Shown: positions 1-10,613, numbered from the stretch's first letter. The stretch is DNA of 64,000 nt from Thermosynechococcus sp. M98_K2018_005 (GCF_015295825.1 NZ_DVEH01000027.1:1382-65381); one strand, 5' to 3'. Made by a program: numbers and translations. Notes: generated by a model not told the origin, from the letters alone.

Positions 1-1446
1 TGGGTCAGGCTGCCAGCTCACCGCTTCAGTTGCAACGGGGGGAAAGAGTTCTTTGAGGCGATTTTGAGCCGTTTCATAGAGGGCACGCTGGGGACGAACT
101 CGCTCAAGGAGTTGGCGGGCTTGCAGCAGGGCTTCAGGGGTGCCTTGGCGGGCAAGGGCATTGGCCTGATCGATCAGGAGTTGATCCTCAGCAATCTCGA
201 TTTGACGTTGCCACAGCCGTCGCTGATCGCGGATTTGGTCTTGGCGATAGGGACTCGCGTCCGCCAAAGGAATGTTGAGCTTGTTGAGGGCAAGGTAGAG
301 GCGATCCATCGTGCCACCACGGGCAATGGCTTGGGCTTCTGCGAGGGTATGCAGGACTTTTAGATCTATCTGCCAGCGCCGAATGGCCTGCTGAGCTTCA
401 AAGTAGAGGGGGCGTTCTGCCGTAATCGTTCGGGCTTGGGCGATCGCCCGATCAATATCCTGACCCATCCCCGCTTGGGCCAATTCTTCTGCTGTTGCCA
501 ATCTCACCACATCCTCAGCGCTGCGGGCACTCCTAACATCACGGGGAATTAAACCAGCAATCCGCCTTGCCTCTTGGGGGTCATAGCGATTCAGGGCCGC
601 CACTGCTGATGCAAGTAACTGTTCACCCAACTCATTGAGCAATCGCCGCGCACCGGGATAAATATCGCTAGTGGTGGGAATTCGCCGCACAATTTCAATG
701 GCAGCGGCCAAGTTATCGGCTCCCCCCTGTGCCATGAGGGCACGTGCTTCATCCAACTGCCGATCTTCCCGTTGGGCACGGATAATCCGCTCATTAAAGG
801 CACCAAACTGCTCCTGCGCCCAATAACGACAGTCAATAAATTGCAACTGGAGCGAGATTTGAAAAGCTTCTCGCCATTCGAGGTTTTTTAAGGCGGCTTC
901 GGCGCGCCGGTAAATGTTCTCCCCCTCTTGCCAAATTTCCTGCCAGCGCTGAATGCGTTCTTCCACCTTGGTATAGGCTTGGACATGCCGGGGAATCCGC
1001 CGTGCAAAGGCGATCGCCCGATTTAATTGGCCCTCATGAAAGGCTACGTCTGCCAAGGCCAAAACCTGATCTGACCACGCCTCTAAGCGACGACTAATCT
1101 CAGGGGCAAGGGGATGATCGCGGGGCAAGTCATCAATGAGATCAATGGCATGGAGCAAATCTTCAAGGGTCTGTCGCTCCGCCGCCTGTTGGGCGCAGTA
1201 GAGGCGAAAGGAGGCCGATGCCAAAGGCCAAAGGACAAAATCACAATTGCCGGGAGTCGTCGGTTGCCGCAGCAGCAGCCACAGGGATAGCCCGGAAATC
1301 CCTACCGAGGTTAGGAGAGAGAGGCTGGCCGCCACTTGCCAGTGTTGCAACCAAGGTAAGCAGGCACGCCACTGCTTGTGGACAAAGGGGACTAGACGAT
1401 TGAGTTGGAGCGATCGCCCGCCAAAGCGTTTTAAGATGGCGATCAC
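1..1446 (-). CDS. Hypothetical membrane-anchored repeat protein (truncated; C-terminus lies beyond window start)
   Basis: Minus-strand frame is open from GTG at 1446-1444 (alternative GTG at 1473) to position 1 with no stop. It is absent from the ORF track because it is truncated. Hand translation gives a TM-like segment (SLSLLTSVGISGLSLWLLL) followed by at least 5 copies of a ~26-aa motif AIxxaRxIPxxxxxYxxAxxxIxxW. Confidence 0.6.
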   Translation of the reverse strand, partial: MIAILKRFGGRSLQLNRLVPFVHKQWRACLPWLQHWQVAASLSLLTSVGISGLSLWLLLRQPTTPGNCDFVLWPLASASFRLYCAQQAAERQTLEDLLHAIDLIDDLPRDHPLAPEISRRLEAWSDQVLALADVAFHEGQLNRAIAFARRIPRHVQAYTKVEERIQRWQEIWQEGENIYRRAEAALKNLEWREAFQISLQLQFIDCRYWAQEQFGAFNERIIRAQREDRQLDEARALMAQGGADNLAAAIEIVRRIPTTSDIYPGARRLLNELGEQLLASAVAALNRYDPQEARRIAGLIPRDVRSARSAEDVVRLATAEELAQAGMGQDIDRAIAQARTITAERPLYFEAQQAIRRWQIDLKVLHTLAEAQAIARGGTMDRLYLALNKLNIPLADASPYRQDQIRDQRRLWQRQIEIAEDQLLIDQANALARQGTPEALLQARQLLERVRPQRALYETAQNRLKELFPPVATEAVSWQPDP

Positions 1447-1706
1447 TGCGGTTGGTTTAGTTTGATCTTGCACTGTTTCCCCCCTCCCCAACACTCCCTA
1501 TTGGCATCCCTAACTGTGAGCACAACGCTCGCTGACAGCCCTCTTCTGAAATAAGAGTTAAGGAAACCTTATCCGCCACTTGCTTTCGCAGCGTTGAGCA
1601 TCTTCCATCCTTAGCCAGAACAGCTGTCCCTCGGGAATGATCAAGCCTCTCAAAATTATCCTAATCAATTAAGAGCGAGAGCTAGACTCAAGACAAACTC
1701 AACAAA

Positions 1707-2255
1707 CTAACTGTTCGTCGTTTCACCAGAGGTTGTCACTTCGCTGGGGGTAGGCGATTGGGAAGCGGCATTGCTTCGATTGAGAGCTTCCTGCAACTTT
1801 GCCTCATCCTCTTTTGATAGAGACGTGTGCAGGACCTTGCCGCCAAAGGGAGCAATTTCCTCGATCACCTTGTCTGGTGTGGCTTGGCGCACTAATGTAA
1901 AAATGGCCGAGCTACCGGGGGAAATAGTTTGCCCCAATTCTTTGATGAAGTTGTCATCAATGCCAATATCGGTCAGTTTGCCGGAAATTGCCCCCGCCAC
2001 GAGACCCGCAGCCCAGCCCAAGAGGGGATTGAAGAACAATAGCCCAATTAACAGCCCCCAAACGCCACCGCCAAGGGCGCCTTGGAGGGTCAAATCTTGG
2101 GTCTGGTTGATTTTAACCTTGCCCTCTTTAGTGCGTACAACAACAGCAGCATCCTCCAGATCAATGAGATGCTCCCGCTGCAGTTTTAATAGCTGGATTA
2201 ATACTTCGTTCGCCTTGTACTCATCATCAAACGCAATGACCACTAAGGTACTCAT
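1707..2255 (-). CDS. DUF1269-family membrane protein
   Basis: 182-aa ORF. It has an N-terminal alpha/beta domain (VVIAFDDEYKANEVL), a glycine-zipper TM core (GGGVWGLLIGLLFFNPLLGWAAGLVAGAISG) and a C-terminal soluble domain, which is the typical DUF1269 layout. Confidence 0.75.
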   Translation of the reverse strand: MSTLVVIAFDDEYKANEVLIQLLKLQREHLIDLEDAAVVVRTKEGKVKINQTQDLTLQGALGGGVWGLLIGLLFFNPLLGWAAGLVAGAISGKLTDIGIDDNFIKELGQTISPGSSAIFTLVRQATPDKVIEEIAPFGGKVLHTSLSKEDEAKLQEALNRSNAASQSPTPSEVTTSGETTNS

Positions 2256-2399
2256 AACTTTAGGTCTCCCTATGAAGGTGGGTCATAGAACCGCTCCTAC
2301 CCTAGCATTGTCATTAGCAGGTTGGGATTGCGGTATTGTAGCTAAGGGACGAAGCAAGAAGGCCTTTAACAGCCCTTTTCACGGTAAGATAGCGAAACG

Positions 2400-2792
2400 A
2401 TGAGCACGCCACAAACCTACACGGTGACCATTCATGTGCGTCCCCTCAAGCCGGGGGATCCACCCACGCGGACGTACACAATTACTGTTCCGAGCGATCG
2501 CTACATCCTGCAATACGCTGAGAGCCAAGGCCTTGAGCTGCCCTTTTCCTGTCGCAACGGTGCCTGTACCACCTGTGCGGTGCGCATTCTCTCTGGCCAT
2601 GTCTATCAACCCGAAGCCATGGGACTCTCCCCAGCCCTGCAAGCCCAAGGCTATGCCCTCTTGTGTGTCAGCTATGCCCGCTCTGACCTTGAGGTGGAAA
2701 CCCAAGATGAAGATGAAGTCTATGAGCTGCAATTTGGCCGCTACTTTGGCAAAGGGCGAGTACAATTGGGGCTACCCCTCGATGAGGACTAG
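2400..2792 (+). CDS. Plant-type [2Fe-2S] ferredoxin with C-terminal extension (FdC2/Fed2-like)
   Basis: Cluster-binding motif CRNGACTTCAVR...C (LLCVSY), with a ~25-aa extension after the ferredoxin fold. Confidence 0.85.
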   Translation: MSTPQTYTVTIHVRPLKPGDPPTRTYTITVPSDRYILQYAESQGLELPFSCRNGACTTCAVRILSGHVYQPEAMGLSPALQAQGYALLCVSYARSDLEVETQDEDEVYELQFGRYFGKGRVQLGLPLDED

Positions 2793-2798
2793 TGCGCC

Positions 2799-3650
2799 AT
2801 GTCAGCCGTGAGTTGCCCACTGCCGGAGCATGAGCGGCAGCGTTATTTAGAAATTGCCACGGAGGCAGCCTTGGCCGGGGGCGCTGTCCTTCAGCACTAC
2901 TGGGGCAAACTGAGTGAGATTGAGGAAAAAGGGCGCTCTGGTGACCTCGTCACGGTGGCCGATCGCCAGTCAGAAGCGGCGGTACTGGATGTGATTCATC
3001 GCCACTGTCCAGACCATGCGGTGCTAGCGGAGGAATCGGGTCTTTCGGGACTCAAGGACAATCCATTCCTGTGGGCAATTGATCCTCTGGATGGCACAAC
3101 CAACTATGCCCATCAATACCCCTTTAGTGCGGTGTCAGTGGCTCTCTTAGTAGAGGGAGAACCCCACATTGGTGTCGTCTATGATCCCTTTCATCGCGAA
3201 CTGTTTCGCGCTGCTACAGGCCTCGGTGCCACCCGCGATCGCCAGCCCATCCGTGTTTCCAGCACCGCAGAACTGAGTCACAGCCTTTTGGTTACGGGTT
3301 TTGCCTACGATCGCCGTGAAACAGAGGACAACAACTATGCGGAATTTTGCTACCTGACCCATCTCAGCCAAGGGGTACGGCGGGGTGGCGCGGCAGCCAT
3401 TGACTTGGCCTACATTGCCTGTGGTCGCCTTGATGGCTATTGGGAACGGGGTCTCTCCCCTTGGGACTTGGCGGCTGGTGTGGTTCTGGTTCGTGAAGCT
3501 GGGGGCATCGTCACGGCCTACGATCAATCTCCTTTTCAACTGACATCAGGGCGGATTTTAGCCACGAATGGGTATCTCCATCCTGCCCTGAGTGAGGCAC
3601 TCCTGCGGGTAAAACCCTTGGGCTTTTCGTTTCTCCCCGAGGGACGTTAA
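2799..3650 (+). CDS. Inositol monophosphatase family protein (SuhB/HisN-like)
   Basis: IMPase signature motifs are present: LAEESG, WAIDPLDGTTNY and WDLAAG. Confidence 0.9.
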   Translation: MSAVSCPLPEHERQRYLEIATEAALAGGAVLQHYWGKLSEIEEKGRSGDLVTVADRQSEAAVLDVIHRHCPDHAVLAEESGLSGLKDNPFLWAIDPLDGTTNYAHQYPFSAVSVALLVEGEPHIGVVYDPFHRELFRAATGLGATRDRQPIRVSSTAELSHSLLVTGFAYDRRETEDNNYAEFCYLTHLSQGVRRGGAAAIDLAYIACGRLDGYWERGLSPWDLAAGVVLVREAGGIVTAYDQSPFQLTSGRILATNGYLHPALSEALLRVKPLGFSFLPEGR

Positions 3651-3651
3651 C

Positions 3652-4377
3652 TTAGGCCTCTAGGGGCATCGCCTCAGCTAGACACGTCCGCACCTGTAGG
3701 GGGTGATAAAAATCTGTTTGTTGGAGATCCACCTTAGACTGGGCAGCGAGGAATAGCAGCGCCCAAAAGACTCCCACGGGATCGGGTTTGCGCCGCAGTA
3801 GCTCTTGGAAGTCTAGCCATGTCCCTTCAGGAGCCATTTCTCCGAGGAGGCTCTCTACTTCGCTAGCTATCTCCGTGAGGTTTTCTTGGTGAGCCAGTTG
3901 GGTAATTGCCTTGAGGGTTGTGGGACGGCGCCGCCGCCGGGGTTGATGCGGCCGCAGCACCTTTGCACGGTCGTTCTGAACCGCCATGGTTTTCAGGTGG
4001 GCAATCAATTCCTCAAGGGTGACGCGGCGCCGTTGTTGGGGGGGAGCCACGGGGCGACGATGCAAATGCTGCTCTAGGGCAGGGGGCAAGACCATAACGG
4101 ACTGGTTTTCACTGATCTCTGACGGCTCTGCGAATTCTGTTTCCTCTGGAATAGATTCAGCAACCGCCACTAGGCGATCGCTCTTCAGGAGTACCAGCAT
4201 CGCTGCATACAAAAAGGCTTGCCCTGCTTCACTGAGATTGGGTTCCCCCCGCCGTGCCAACTCCACCCAACAGCGATCGAAGACCTCAATCACTTGAATA
4301 TCCCAAGGGTCAATTTCCCCCCGCTCGGCCAAGTCAATCAAAATGTCAATGGCGGTATCGGCAAAAGATTGGCTCAT
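3652..4377 (-). CDS. scpA: Segregation and condensation protein A
   Basis: ScpA-like N-terminus (IDILIDLAERGEIDPWDIQVIEV) and C-terminal winged-helix region (FWALLFLAAQSKVDLQQ). Confidence 0.8.
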   Translation of the reverse strand: MSQSFADTAIDILIDLAERGEIDPWDIQVIEVFDRCWVELARRGEPNLSEAGQAFLYAAMLVLLKSDRLVAVAESIPEETEFAEPSEISENQSVMVLPPALEQHLHRRPVAPPQQRRRVTLEELIAHLKTMAVQNDRAKVLRPHQPRRRRRPTTLKAITQLAHQENLTEIASEVESLLGEMAPEGTWLDFQELLRRKPDPVGVFWALLFLAAQSKVDLQQTDFYHPLQVRTCLAEAMPLEA

Positions 4378-4425
4378 GGCTGGCTGCCCACTCGTTGTTG
4401 TCTATCTTAGGGGGATTGGCAGCCC

Positions 4426-6351
4426 CTATCCAGAAAAAGGCTCAGCAATGGGAATCGTAAAGTGGAACTCACTGCCGCGATCGCGCCCCGCCGACTCCGC
4501 CCAAATTTGCCCCCCCAAATTGGTAATGATCTGGCGACAGATCGCTAGACCCAAGCCCGTCCCACCCGTAGAGCGCCGCAGTGCGCCCTCCTCCTGATAA
4601 AAGCGATCAAAAATCGTTTCCAAGCGATCCGGCTCAATACCGCGCCCAGTATCGGCAACCGTCACTTCCAATAGACCATCGGGACGAGGCTTGGCAACAA
4701 TGGAAACCTGACCCGACTGCTCAGTAAACTTGCAGGCATTATCCAGTAGCTTTGAGAGCACCTCCACTAGCCATTCGCCATCTGCTCGGATCAAGGGCAA
4801 TTCCTTGGGCAACACCGTGCGAATAGTCGGTAGTTGATCCTTGGGGGTGCGCAGACTACTGAGAGCCATATCCACCAGTTCTTGGAGGGGCAGAGGTTCT
4901 GGTCGCCACTGCACCCGGCCACTTTCCAACTGCGAGAGGGTGAGGAAGTCCTGAATCAGTTTCCGCATGCGCTCAGCATCAGTGAGAGCGGTACTCAACA
5001 TCATCTGCCGCAGTTCTGGATCCATATCGGGTTCACTCGCTAGACTTTCGAGGCAGACTTGAATGGTCGAAAGGGGCGTGCGCAGTTCATGACCCGTAAT
5101 TGCAATTAAATTGCTGCGGGTGCGATCTAAGGCCTCTAGTTGCGCATTGAGTTCCTCCAGATCTGCGTAGGCCTCTGCCTGAATCAGGGCAACCCCCACT
5201 TGGGTGGCGATCGCCTCCACCAATTCTGCGTCCATATCGTGCCACGGCAGCGGTTCACCTCGGTGGAGTTCAACAATGCCCAACAGCCGCCCCTGATAGA
5301 GAACCGGTGCCAGTAGGAGGGCTTTGACCCCGGCGGCATCGAGGGGCTTGAAACGGGTCGCCTCATAGTGGGGATCAGCGGCCACATCATCCACCTGAAT
5401 AACCTGCTGATGTGCCAGTGCCTGCTGGGTGTAGGGGTGTTCACTTACGGGCCAATACTGGTACTGCAATGGCGGTAGGGTACCACTGGTGTACTCGTGT
5501 TCAATGCGCACCCGCGTATCGGTACTGCGGCAACGATAAATGAGACAGCGATCGCCCTTGAGGGCTTCCCCTAGTTCTGCCACTGCACGAGTGAGAATTT
5601 CTGTGGGATTAAGGGAGTTGCGAATCGCCGTGGTAATCGCATTGGTGAGGCGTTCCTTGCGCTCTTGAATGGCAATTTGGCGGTAGGCCTTGATTTGCTT
5701 GTACTGGCCTGCCTGAAGATAGGTCACTAGGCGATCGGCAAAGGGGGCAGGATCGCTATTGCATCCCGCCACTTGGCGATAGGTCTCAACCCATACCAGA
5801 CCTTCCTTGAGTTTCTCCTCCAGTTCAGGGCGGTACTCCCGAATACGGTTCAGGAGGATTTCAGCCGTTGTGGCTGCCACTTGCCGATCAAAGGTCCAAA
5901 TGCCCTCAAAACGACGCGCCGCATCCATCGGCGGCAACACATCTAAGCGATTAGCGGGCGATCGCTGGACTTCGCGGCAGACCAAGCAAGTGCTGTAATT
6001 TTTACCCAAGACCGTCAAATGCCATTCTTGACTGAGGGCATCGGCGGGATCAAAGGCAACCGTTTCATAGTCTCCCGAGCAGTTCTTAAACTCGGTTTCC
6101 GGAGCAGCCAAAACGTAAACATGGTGGGACTTTGTGGCAATGCGCTGGTAGCGATGGGCTTCTTGGCGATAAAAACGTTCCCGCTGAAAGCAGGCAATAA
6201 TAATCGGCGCATCCTCATTGGCCAAAACCTGATCCTCCATTGCATGGGAAAGCGCCGTCAGCGATGTCTTGAAGTACAGTTGCGATCGCAAGCGAGGCAA
6301 CCGCGCCAACAACTCCTCAAGAACAGATGTGGCAATGATTCTGTTGGCCAT
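4426..6351 (-). CDS. Sensor histidine kinase with N-terminal sensory domain and GAF domain
   Basis: H-box ITGHELRTPL. HATPase N, G1 and G2 boxes are present (LDNACKF, DTGRGI, GGTGLGLAICR). The central GAF-like region reads DRCLIYRC...LLAPVLYQGRLLGIVELH. Confidence 0.9.
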   Translation of the reverse strand: MANRIIATSVLEELLARLPRLRSQLYFKTSLTALSHAMEDQVLANEDAPIIIACFQRERFYRQEAHRYQRIATKSHHVYVLAAPETEFKNCSGDYETVAFDPADALSQEWHLTVLGKNYSTCLVCREVQRSPANRLDVLPPMDAARRFEGIWTFDRQVAATTAEILLNRIREYRPELEEKLKEGLVWVETYRQVAGCNSDPAPFADRLVTYLQAGQYKQIKAYRQIAIQERKERLTNAITTAIRNSLNPTEILTRAVAELGEALKGDRCLIYRCRSTDTRVRIEHEYTSGTLPPLQYQYWPVSEHPYTQQALAHQQVIQVDDVAADPHYEATRFKPLDAAGVKALLLAPVLYQGRLLGIVELHRGEPLPWHDMDAELVEAIATQVGVALIQAEAYADLEELNAQLEALDRTRSNLIAITGHELRTPLSTIQVCLESLASEPDMDPELRQMMLSTALTDAERMRKLIQDFLTLSQLESGRVQWRPEPLPLQELVDMALSSLRTPKDQLPTIRTVLPKELPLIRADGEWLVEVLSKLLDNACKFTEQSGQVSIVAKPRPDGLLEVTVADTGRGIEPDRLETIFDRFYQEEGALRRSTGGTGLGLAICRQIITNLGGQIWAESAGRDRGSEFHFTIPIAEPFSG

Positions 6352-6708
6352 GGAAGGGTGTGAATGAGAAGATGCCCTACGCTACCATTATCGGCAAATC
6401 CGCACCAGCGAACCTACTGAAATTCAGGTCGAGCGGCTGTACCTCAGTCAACCAACGGCTTAATTGCTGGAACCACCAACCTTAAACTTTTGTTAAGAAT
6501 TTTATTAATTAGCAGGGCTTATGTGTAGTTTTCTATACTATATTTAAGCGAACCCAAAAAGATCAGCTCCTCTAGCAGCAGGGATCAACAAAATCCTCAT
6601 AATTGCGATGGTTGCTTACGTTGTCCCCCAAAGGGCTCCGTGGAAACACCCATGGCAAGGGGAGAGGGTTGTAGTAAGTTGGGTTTCAGAGAATAAGGTG
6701 AAAAAGCT

Positions 6709-8418
6709 GTGACTGCCCGTGTTTCTGCTGTCCCTAGTGCTGGTCATCGTCGTTACGATCCTGAGGCGATCGCCCGCTACTACTGGCGACACCCTTGGCA
6801 AGTAATCTGGCGGTTCATTAACATTTCGGTATCTTTCTTGACATTCTGGCTGTTGTTGCAGTGGGACAAATGGCTAGGTCAACAGGAAAGTCAGCGTCCC
6901 CTGCGGGCAATGCAACTGCGCAAACTCCTGATCCGTTTAGGCCCAACCTTCATCAAAGTTGGTCAAGCTCTCTCCACTCGCCCCGATTTGATTTGCCCTG
7001 ACTACCTCGAAGAACTGACGCTCCTTCAGGACAAACTTCCCCCCTTTGCCAATGAGATTGCGATTGCCATTATTGAGCGGGATCTGCGCTTAAACTTAGG
7101 GGATATTTTTGCCGAATTCTCACCCCAACCGGTGGCCGCTGCGAGTCTCGGCCAAGTCTATCGAGCCAGACTCCACAGTGGCAAAGAAGTGGCCGTCAAG
7201 GTGCAGCGTCCCAATCTCTTGCCCGTGATTACCCGCGATCTCTTCTTAATCCGCCTTTTGGTGCAGTGGGTCAAGCCGTGGCTACCCATTAACCTCTGCC
7301 ACGATTTGCGGGACATTGTGGATGAGTTTGGCCGCAAGCTCTACGAGGAAATTGACTACCTCAATGAAGGGCGCAATGCCGAGAAATTTGCTGCCAACTT
7401 CCGCGATGATCCCACGGTTAAGGTACCGAAAATCTATTGGGAATACACCACGGAGCACGTGCTCACGCTGGAGTGGATCCATGGCATTAAGCTCACCCGT
7501 ACGGATTGCATGGTGGCGGCGGGCGTCGATCCCGATGAGCTGATCCGTGTTGGCGTCATTTCTGGTCTGCGGCAACTCTTGGAATTTGGCTTTTTCCATG
7601 CGGATCCACATCCGGGGAATCTCTTCGCCATGCCCGATGGCCGTATAGCCTACATTGACTTCGGCATGATGGATCAACTGGAGGAGAGCACTAAAGAATC
7701 CTTGGTGGATGCCGTCGTTCATTTGGTGAACAAGGACTATCCAGCCTTGGCGACGGACTTTGTCAAACTGGGCTTTCTGACCCCAGAAACGGATATTACA
7801 CCGATTATCCCTGCCCTTGAGTCGGTCTTTGAGGAGGTGATTGGCTCCAGTGTGCGGGAATTCAACTTCAAAGTGATCACTGATCGCTTTTCCGAGTTGA
7901 TGTATGCCTATCCCTTCCGTGTTCCCGCTAAGTTTGCCCTGATCATTCGCTCTCTAGTCACCCAAGAGGGCATTGCCCTGTGTCTCAACCCTAACTTCCG
8001 CATCGTCGATGTCAGCTATCCCTATGTGGCACGGCGTCTGCTCCAAGGAGAATCGCCCCAACTGCGGCGACGGTTATTGGATATCCTCTTCAAGGATGGT
8101 CGTCTTCAGTGGCAACGCCTCGAAAACCTGATTGCGATCGCTCGGCAGGATCAGCACTTTAACCTCGCGCCAACGGCCACCTTAGGCTTGCAGTATCTCT
8201 TTTCTGAGGAGGGGCAGTACCTGCGGCGGCAAATTGTGCTAGCGTTAACCGAAGATGACCGTCTCCACACCGAAGAGGTGCAACGCCTTTGGAATTTGGT
8301 CAAGTCTGATCTGCGTCCGCTCTTTTTGATTGATGTGGCATGGGAAGCCCTCAAGGCCTCTGTCTCCCACACGCTGGGTAAAGAAGAAGAGAGCAGTTCC
8401 TTGGTGGTGGCCAGTTAA
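6709..8418 (+). CDS. ABC1/UbiB (AarF) atypical kinase family protein
   Basis: ABC1 motifs are present: LGPTFIKVGQALSTRPD, AAASLGQVY, VAVKVQRP, FFHADPHPGNL and IDFGMM. GTG start. Confidence 0.9.
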   Translation: MTARVSAVPSAGHRRYDPEAIARYYWRHPWQVIWRFINISVSFLTFWLLLQWDKWLGQQESQRPLRAMQLRKLLIRLGPTFIKVGQALSTRPDLICPDYLEELTLLQDKLPPFANEIAIAIIERDLRLNLGDIFAEFSPQPVAAASLGQVYRARLHSGKEVAVKVQRPNLLPVITRDLFLIRLLVQWVKPWLPINLCHDLRDIVDEFGRKLYEEIDYLNEGRNAEKFAANFRDDPTVKVPKIYWEYTTEHVLTLEWIHGIKLTRTDCMVAAGVDPDELIRVGVISGLRQLLEFGFFHADPHPGNLFAMPDGRIAYIDFGMMDQLEESTKESLVDAVVHLVNKDYPALATDFVKLGFLTPETDITPIIPALESVFEEVIGSSVREFNFKVITDRFSELMYAYPFRVPAKFALIIRSLVTQEGIALCLNPNFRIVDVSYPYVARRLLQGESPQLRRRLLDILFKDGRLQWQRLENLIAIARQDQHFNLAPTATLGLQYLFSEEGQYLRRQIVLALTEDDRLHTEEVQRLWNLVKSDLRPLFLIDVAWEALKASVSHTLGKEEESSSLVVAS

Positions 8419-8421
8419 GGG

Positions 8422-8844
8422 TTGGCAGCGGTTATCAACCTCCCTGAGTGTTTAAGAAGGATGAAGTATCCCGTGTTTGATCCACCCATTGTCTTGCTCC
8501 TGGCGGGTATTTTTATGGGGTTGACCAGTGGTAAAGCCTTTGAAGCCACCCTCAAGCAGAGCGTTCAAGAATGGAACCGCAGTCGCTCCACCCGCGTTCT
8601 GAGTCAATTGCGCGGCCCCCAACTTCAGTTGCCCTACTTGGGGATTTCCATTGGCATCTGGCTCTTCCTGATGGCGGGATTGTGGACCTATGGCTTTGGT
8701 GCAGGGCTGAGTATGGTCATTGCCTTTGTGCTGACGATCGCCACCGCGCTTTTGGTGTGGTATCAACTGGGGAAAGTGCTGACGATTTTAGGGACGGGTG
8801 GCTCCCGCGCCCTTGATCTCGATGCCCTTGAGGCCAAGGAATAG
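8422..8844 (+). CDS. Hypothetical membrane protein
   Basis: 140-aa ORF with 3 predicted TM segments. The TTG start lies directly after the ABC1 stop; an alternative ATG is at 8461 (MKYPVF). Confidence 0.5.
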   Translation: MAAVINLPECLRRMKYPVFDPPIVLLLAGIFMGLTSGKAFEATLKQSVQEWNRSRSTRVLSQLRGPQLQLPYLGISIGIWLFLMAGLWTYGFGAGLSMVIAFVLTIATALLVWYQLGKVLTILGTGGSRALDLDALEAKE

Positions 8845-8871
8845 TTCTCTATAACCACCAAAGGAGGCGTT

Positions 8872-9306
8872 GTGGATTTACTGACCCAAGTGGATGAACT
8901 GATTGCCAACGCCCCCGATGACCCTGCGACTGTGGCGGCGGTACAGGCGATCGCCCCCATTCTCTATGAAGAAGCCCAGCGCTACGGGCAAACGGTTTAC
9001 TACGTCCTGCAAACCCGCGATGGTCAGTGGCAGGTGATTACCCTTGAGGAACAGCACCCTCCCCACCAGCAAAAAAATGTAATCCACGCCTACGGCAGTC
9101 AAGCCATGGCTCAAGAGGCCTGTGATGAACAAGTGATCCCAGTGCCCATGCCAATTATTCCCCTCTTATTTCAACTGTTGGCCGCAGAGCCAGTGGATAG
9201 CCTGATGATCCTTGAGGCGGATGGTGAGCGGGGCTGGGAAGTGGGGCGGGAATCGTTGTTGGCTCAGGTGCGCGCAATCCTCAGTGCCCCCCCGAATATC
9301 GCTTAA
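8872..9306 (+). CDS. Hypothetical protein
   Basis: 144-aa ORF with a GTG start and host-like composition. No motif recognised. Confidence 0.5.
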   Translation: MDLLTQVDELIANAPDDPATVAAVQAIAPILYEEAQRYGQTVYYVLQTRDGQWQVITLEEQHPPHQQKNVIHAYGSQAMAQEACDEQVIPVPMPIIPLLFQLLAAEPVDSLMILEADGERGWEVGRESLLAQVRAILSAPPNIA

Positions 9307-10613
9307 GAGGGCAACTGCTCACCACGAATCGCCAAGTCTAGCAGTTGCATCGGGTGGTAAATGGGCACGGGGCTGCTCTGCTCTTGGAGATACTGCCGCA
9401 ATTGCACGGTGCAACCCACATTGGCTGAGACAATGACATTAGGGCGAGTATTCAGCAGGTTGCGCACCTTTTGGCGTCCCAATTCGGCTGCGACATCGGG
9501 TTGAAGAATGTTATAAACCCCGGCACTGCCACAGCACAGCGCTGCATCAAGGGGTTCCCGCAGTTGCACTTGGGGAATTTGCCGCAGCAGTTGACGGGGT
9601 TCAAGGCGAATTTTTTGACCGTGGATCATGTGGCAGGCATCTTGATAGACCACGGTCAGAGGGCGATCGCCCAAGGGGTGAAGCGGTGTCACCAAGCCCT
9701 GTTTGACCAAAAAGACCTGTACATCCTCAACTTTTTGCACAAAGTCACGGGCGCGATCGCCATAGTCAGGGTCAGTTGCCAAAAGGTGATGGTACTCCTT
9801 GAGGGTATGGCCACAACCCGACGCATTGATTAAAACCGCATCCACATGAGCGGCAGTAAAACAATCAATCATCCGGCGAGCAAGGGTTTGCGCCTGATCC
9901 TCTTCCCCTTGGTGATGGGGCAGGGCACCACAGCATCCCTGTTGCGGCGGCAGCACCACCTCAAAGCCATTGGCACTTAACACGGAGATCGTGGCTTCAT
10001 TGACTTCAGGCAAAAAGAGCCGTTGGACACAGCCGAGAATCACCCCCACGCGGCCACGTTGTTTCCCTTGGGCAGGGACGACTTCAGGGGAGCGATCGCG
10101 AAAGGTTGCGGCTGAAAGGGGCGGCAGCATTTGATACATGGCCGCAAGGGACTTGGGCAGCAGCCGTTTCAGCAGTCCCACCCGCTTTTCGAGATTGGCC
10201 AAGCCTAGTTTTTGGTAGAGCCAGAGCGGCCACAGGAGCGCACGCAGCCGTTGGGGGTAGGGCAACGTTTGGAAAATCAACTGCCGCAACCAGCGATCGC
10301 CCACGGGACGCTGATAATGACGCTGCACCTGAACCCGGGTGGCGGCAATCAACTTATCGTACTCAACTCCCGATGGACAGGTGGTAACGCAGGCCAAGCA
10401 ACCCAAGCAGGAATCAAAGTGCTGTACGACATCCGCCAGTTGTACCTGCCCCTCATTAATGGCATCCATGAGATAGATACGACCACGGGGGGAGTCCATT
10501 TCCGTGCCCAGCACCCGATAACTCGGACAGGTGGAGAGGCAAAACCCGCAGTGGACACAGGCATCAATCAGGTGTGGATCGGGCGGGCGAGCCACAGGAT
10601 CAGTTGCAGTCAT
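9303..10613 (-). CDS. glcF: Glycolate oxidase/dehydrogenase iron-sulfur subunit
   Basis: Two 4Fe-4S ferredoxin motifs (CVHCGFCLSTCP, CLGCLACVTTCP) followed by two CCG cysteine-rich domains (CCG...). Confidence 0.85.
   Translation of the reverse strand: MTATDPVARPPDPHLIDACVHCGFCLSTCPSYRVLGTEMDSPRGRIYLMDAINEGQVQLADVVQHFDSCLGCLACVTTCPSGVEYDKLIAATRVQVQRHYQRPVGDRWLRQLIFQTLPYPQRLRALLWPLWLYQKLGLANLEKRVGLLKRLLPKSLAAMYQMLPPLSAATFRDRSPEVVPAQGKQRGRVGVILGCVQRLFLPEVNEATISVLSANGFEVVLPPQQGCCGALPHHQGEEDQAQTLARRMIDCFTAAHVDAVLINASGCGHTLKEYHHLLATDPDYGDRARDFVQKVEDVQVFLVKQGLVTPLHPLGDRPLTVVYQDACHMIHGQKIRLEPRQLLRQIPQVQLREPLDAALCCGSAGVYNILQPDVAAELGRQKVRNLLNTRPNVIVSANVGCTVQLRQYLQEQSSPVPIYHPMQLLDLAIRGEQLPS

Noticed and set aside
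1771-2403. 210-aa plus-strand ORF.
   Set aside because: It lies entirely antisense to the well-supported DUF1269 gene. The composition is low-complexity and Pro/Ser/Arg-rich, typical of a shadow frame in GC-rich DNA.
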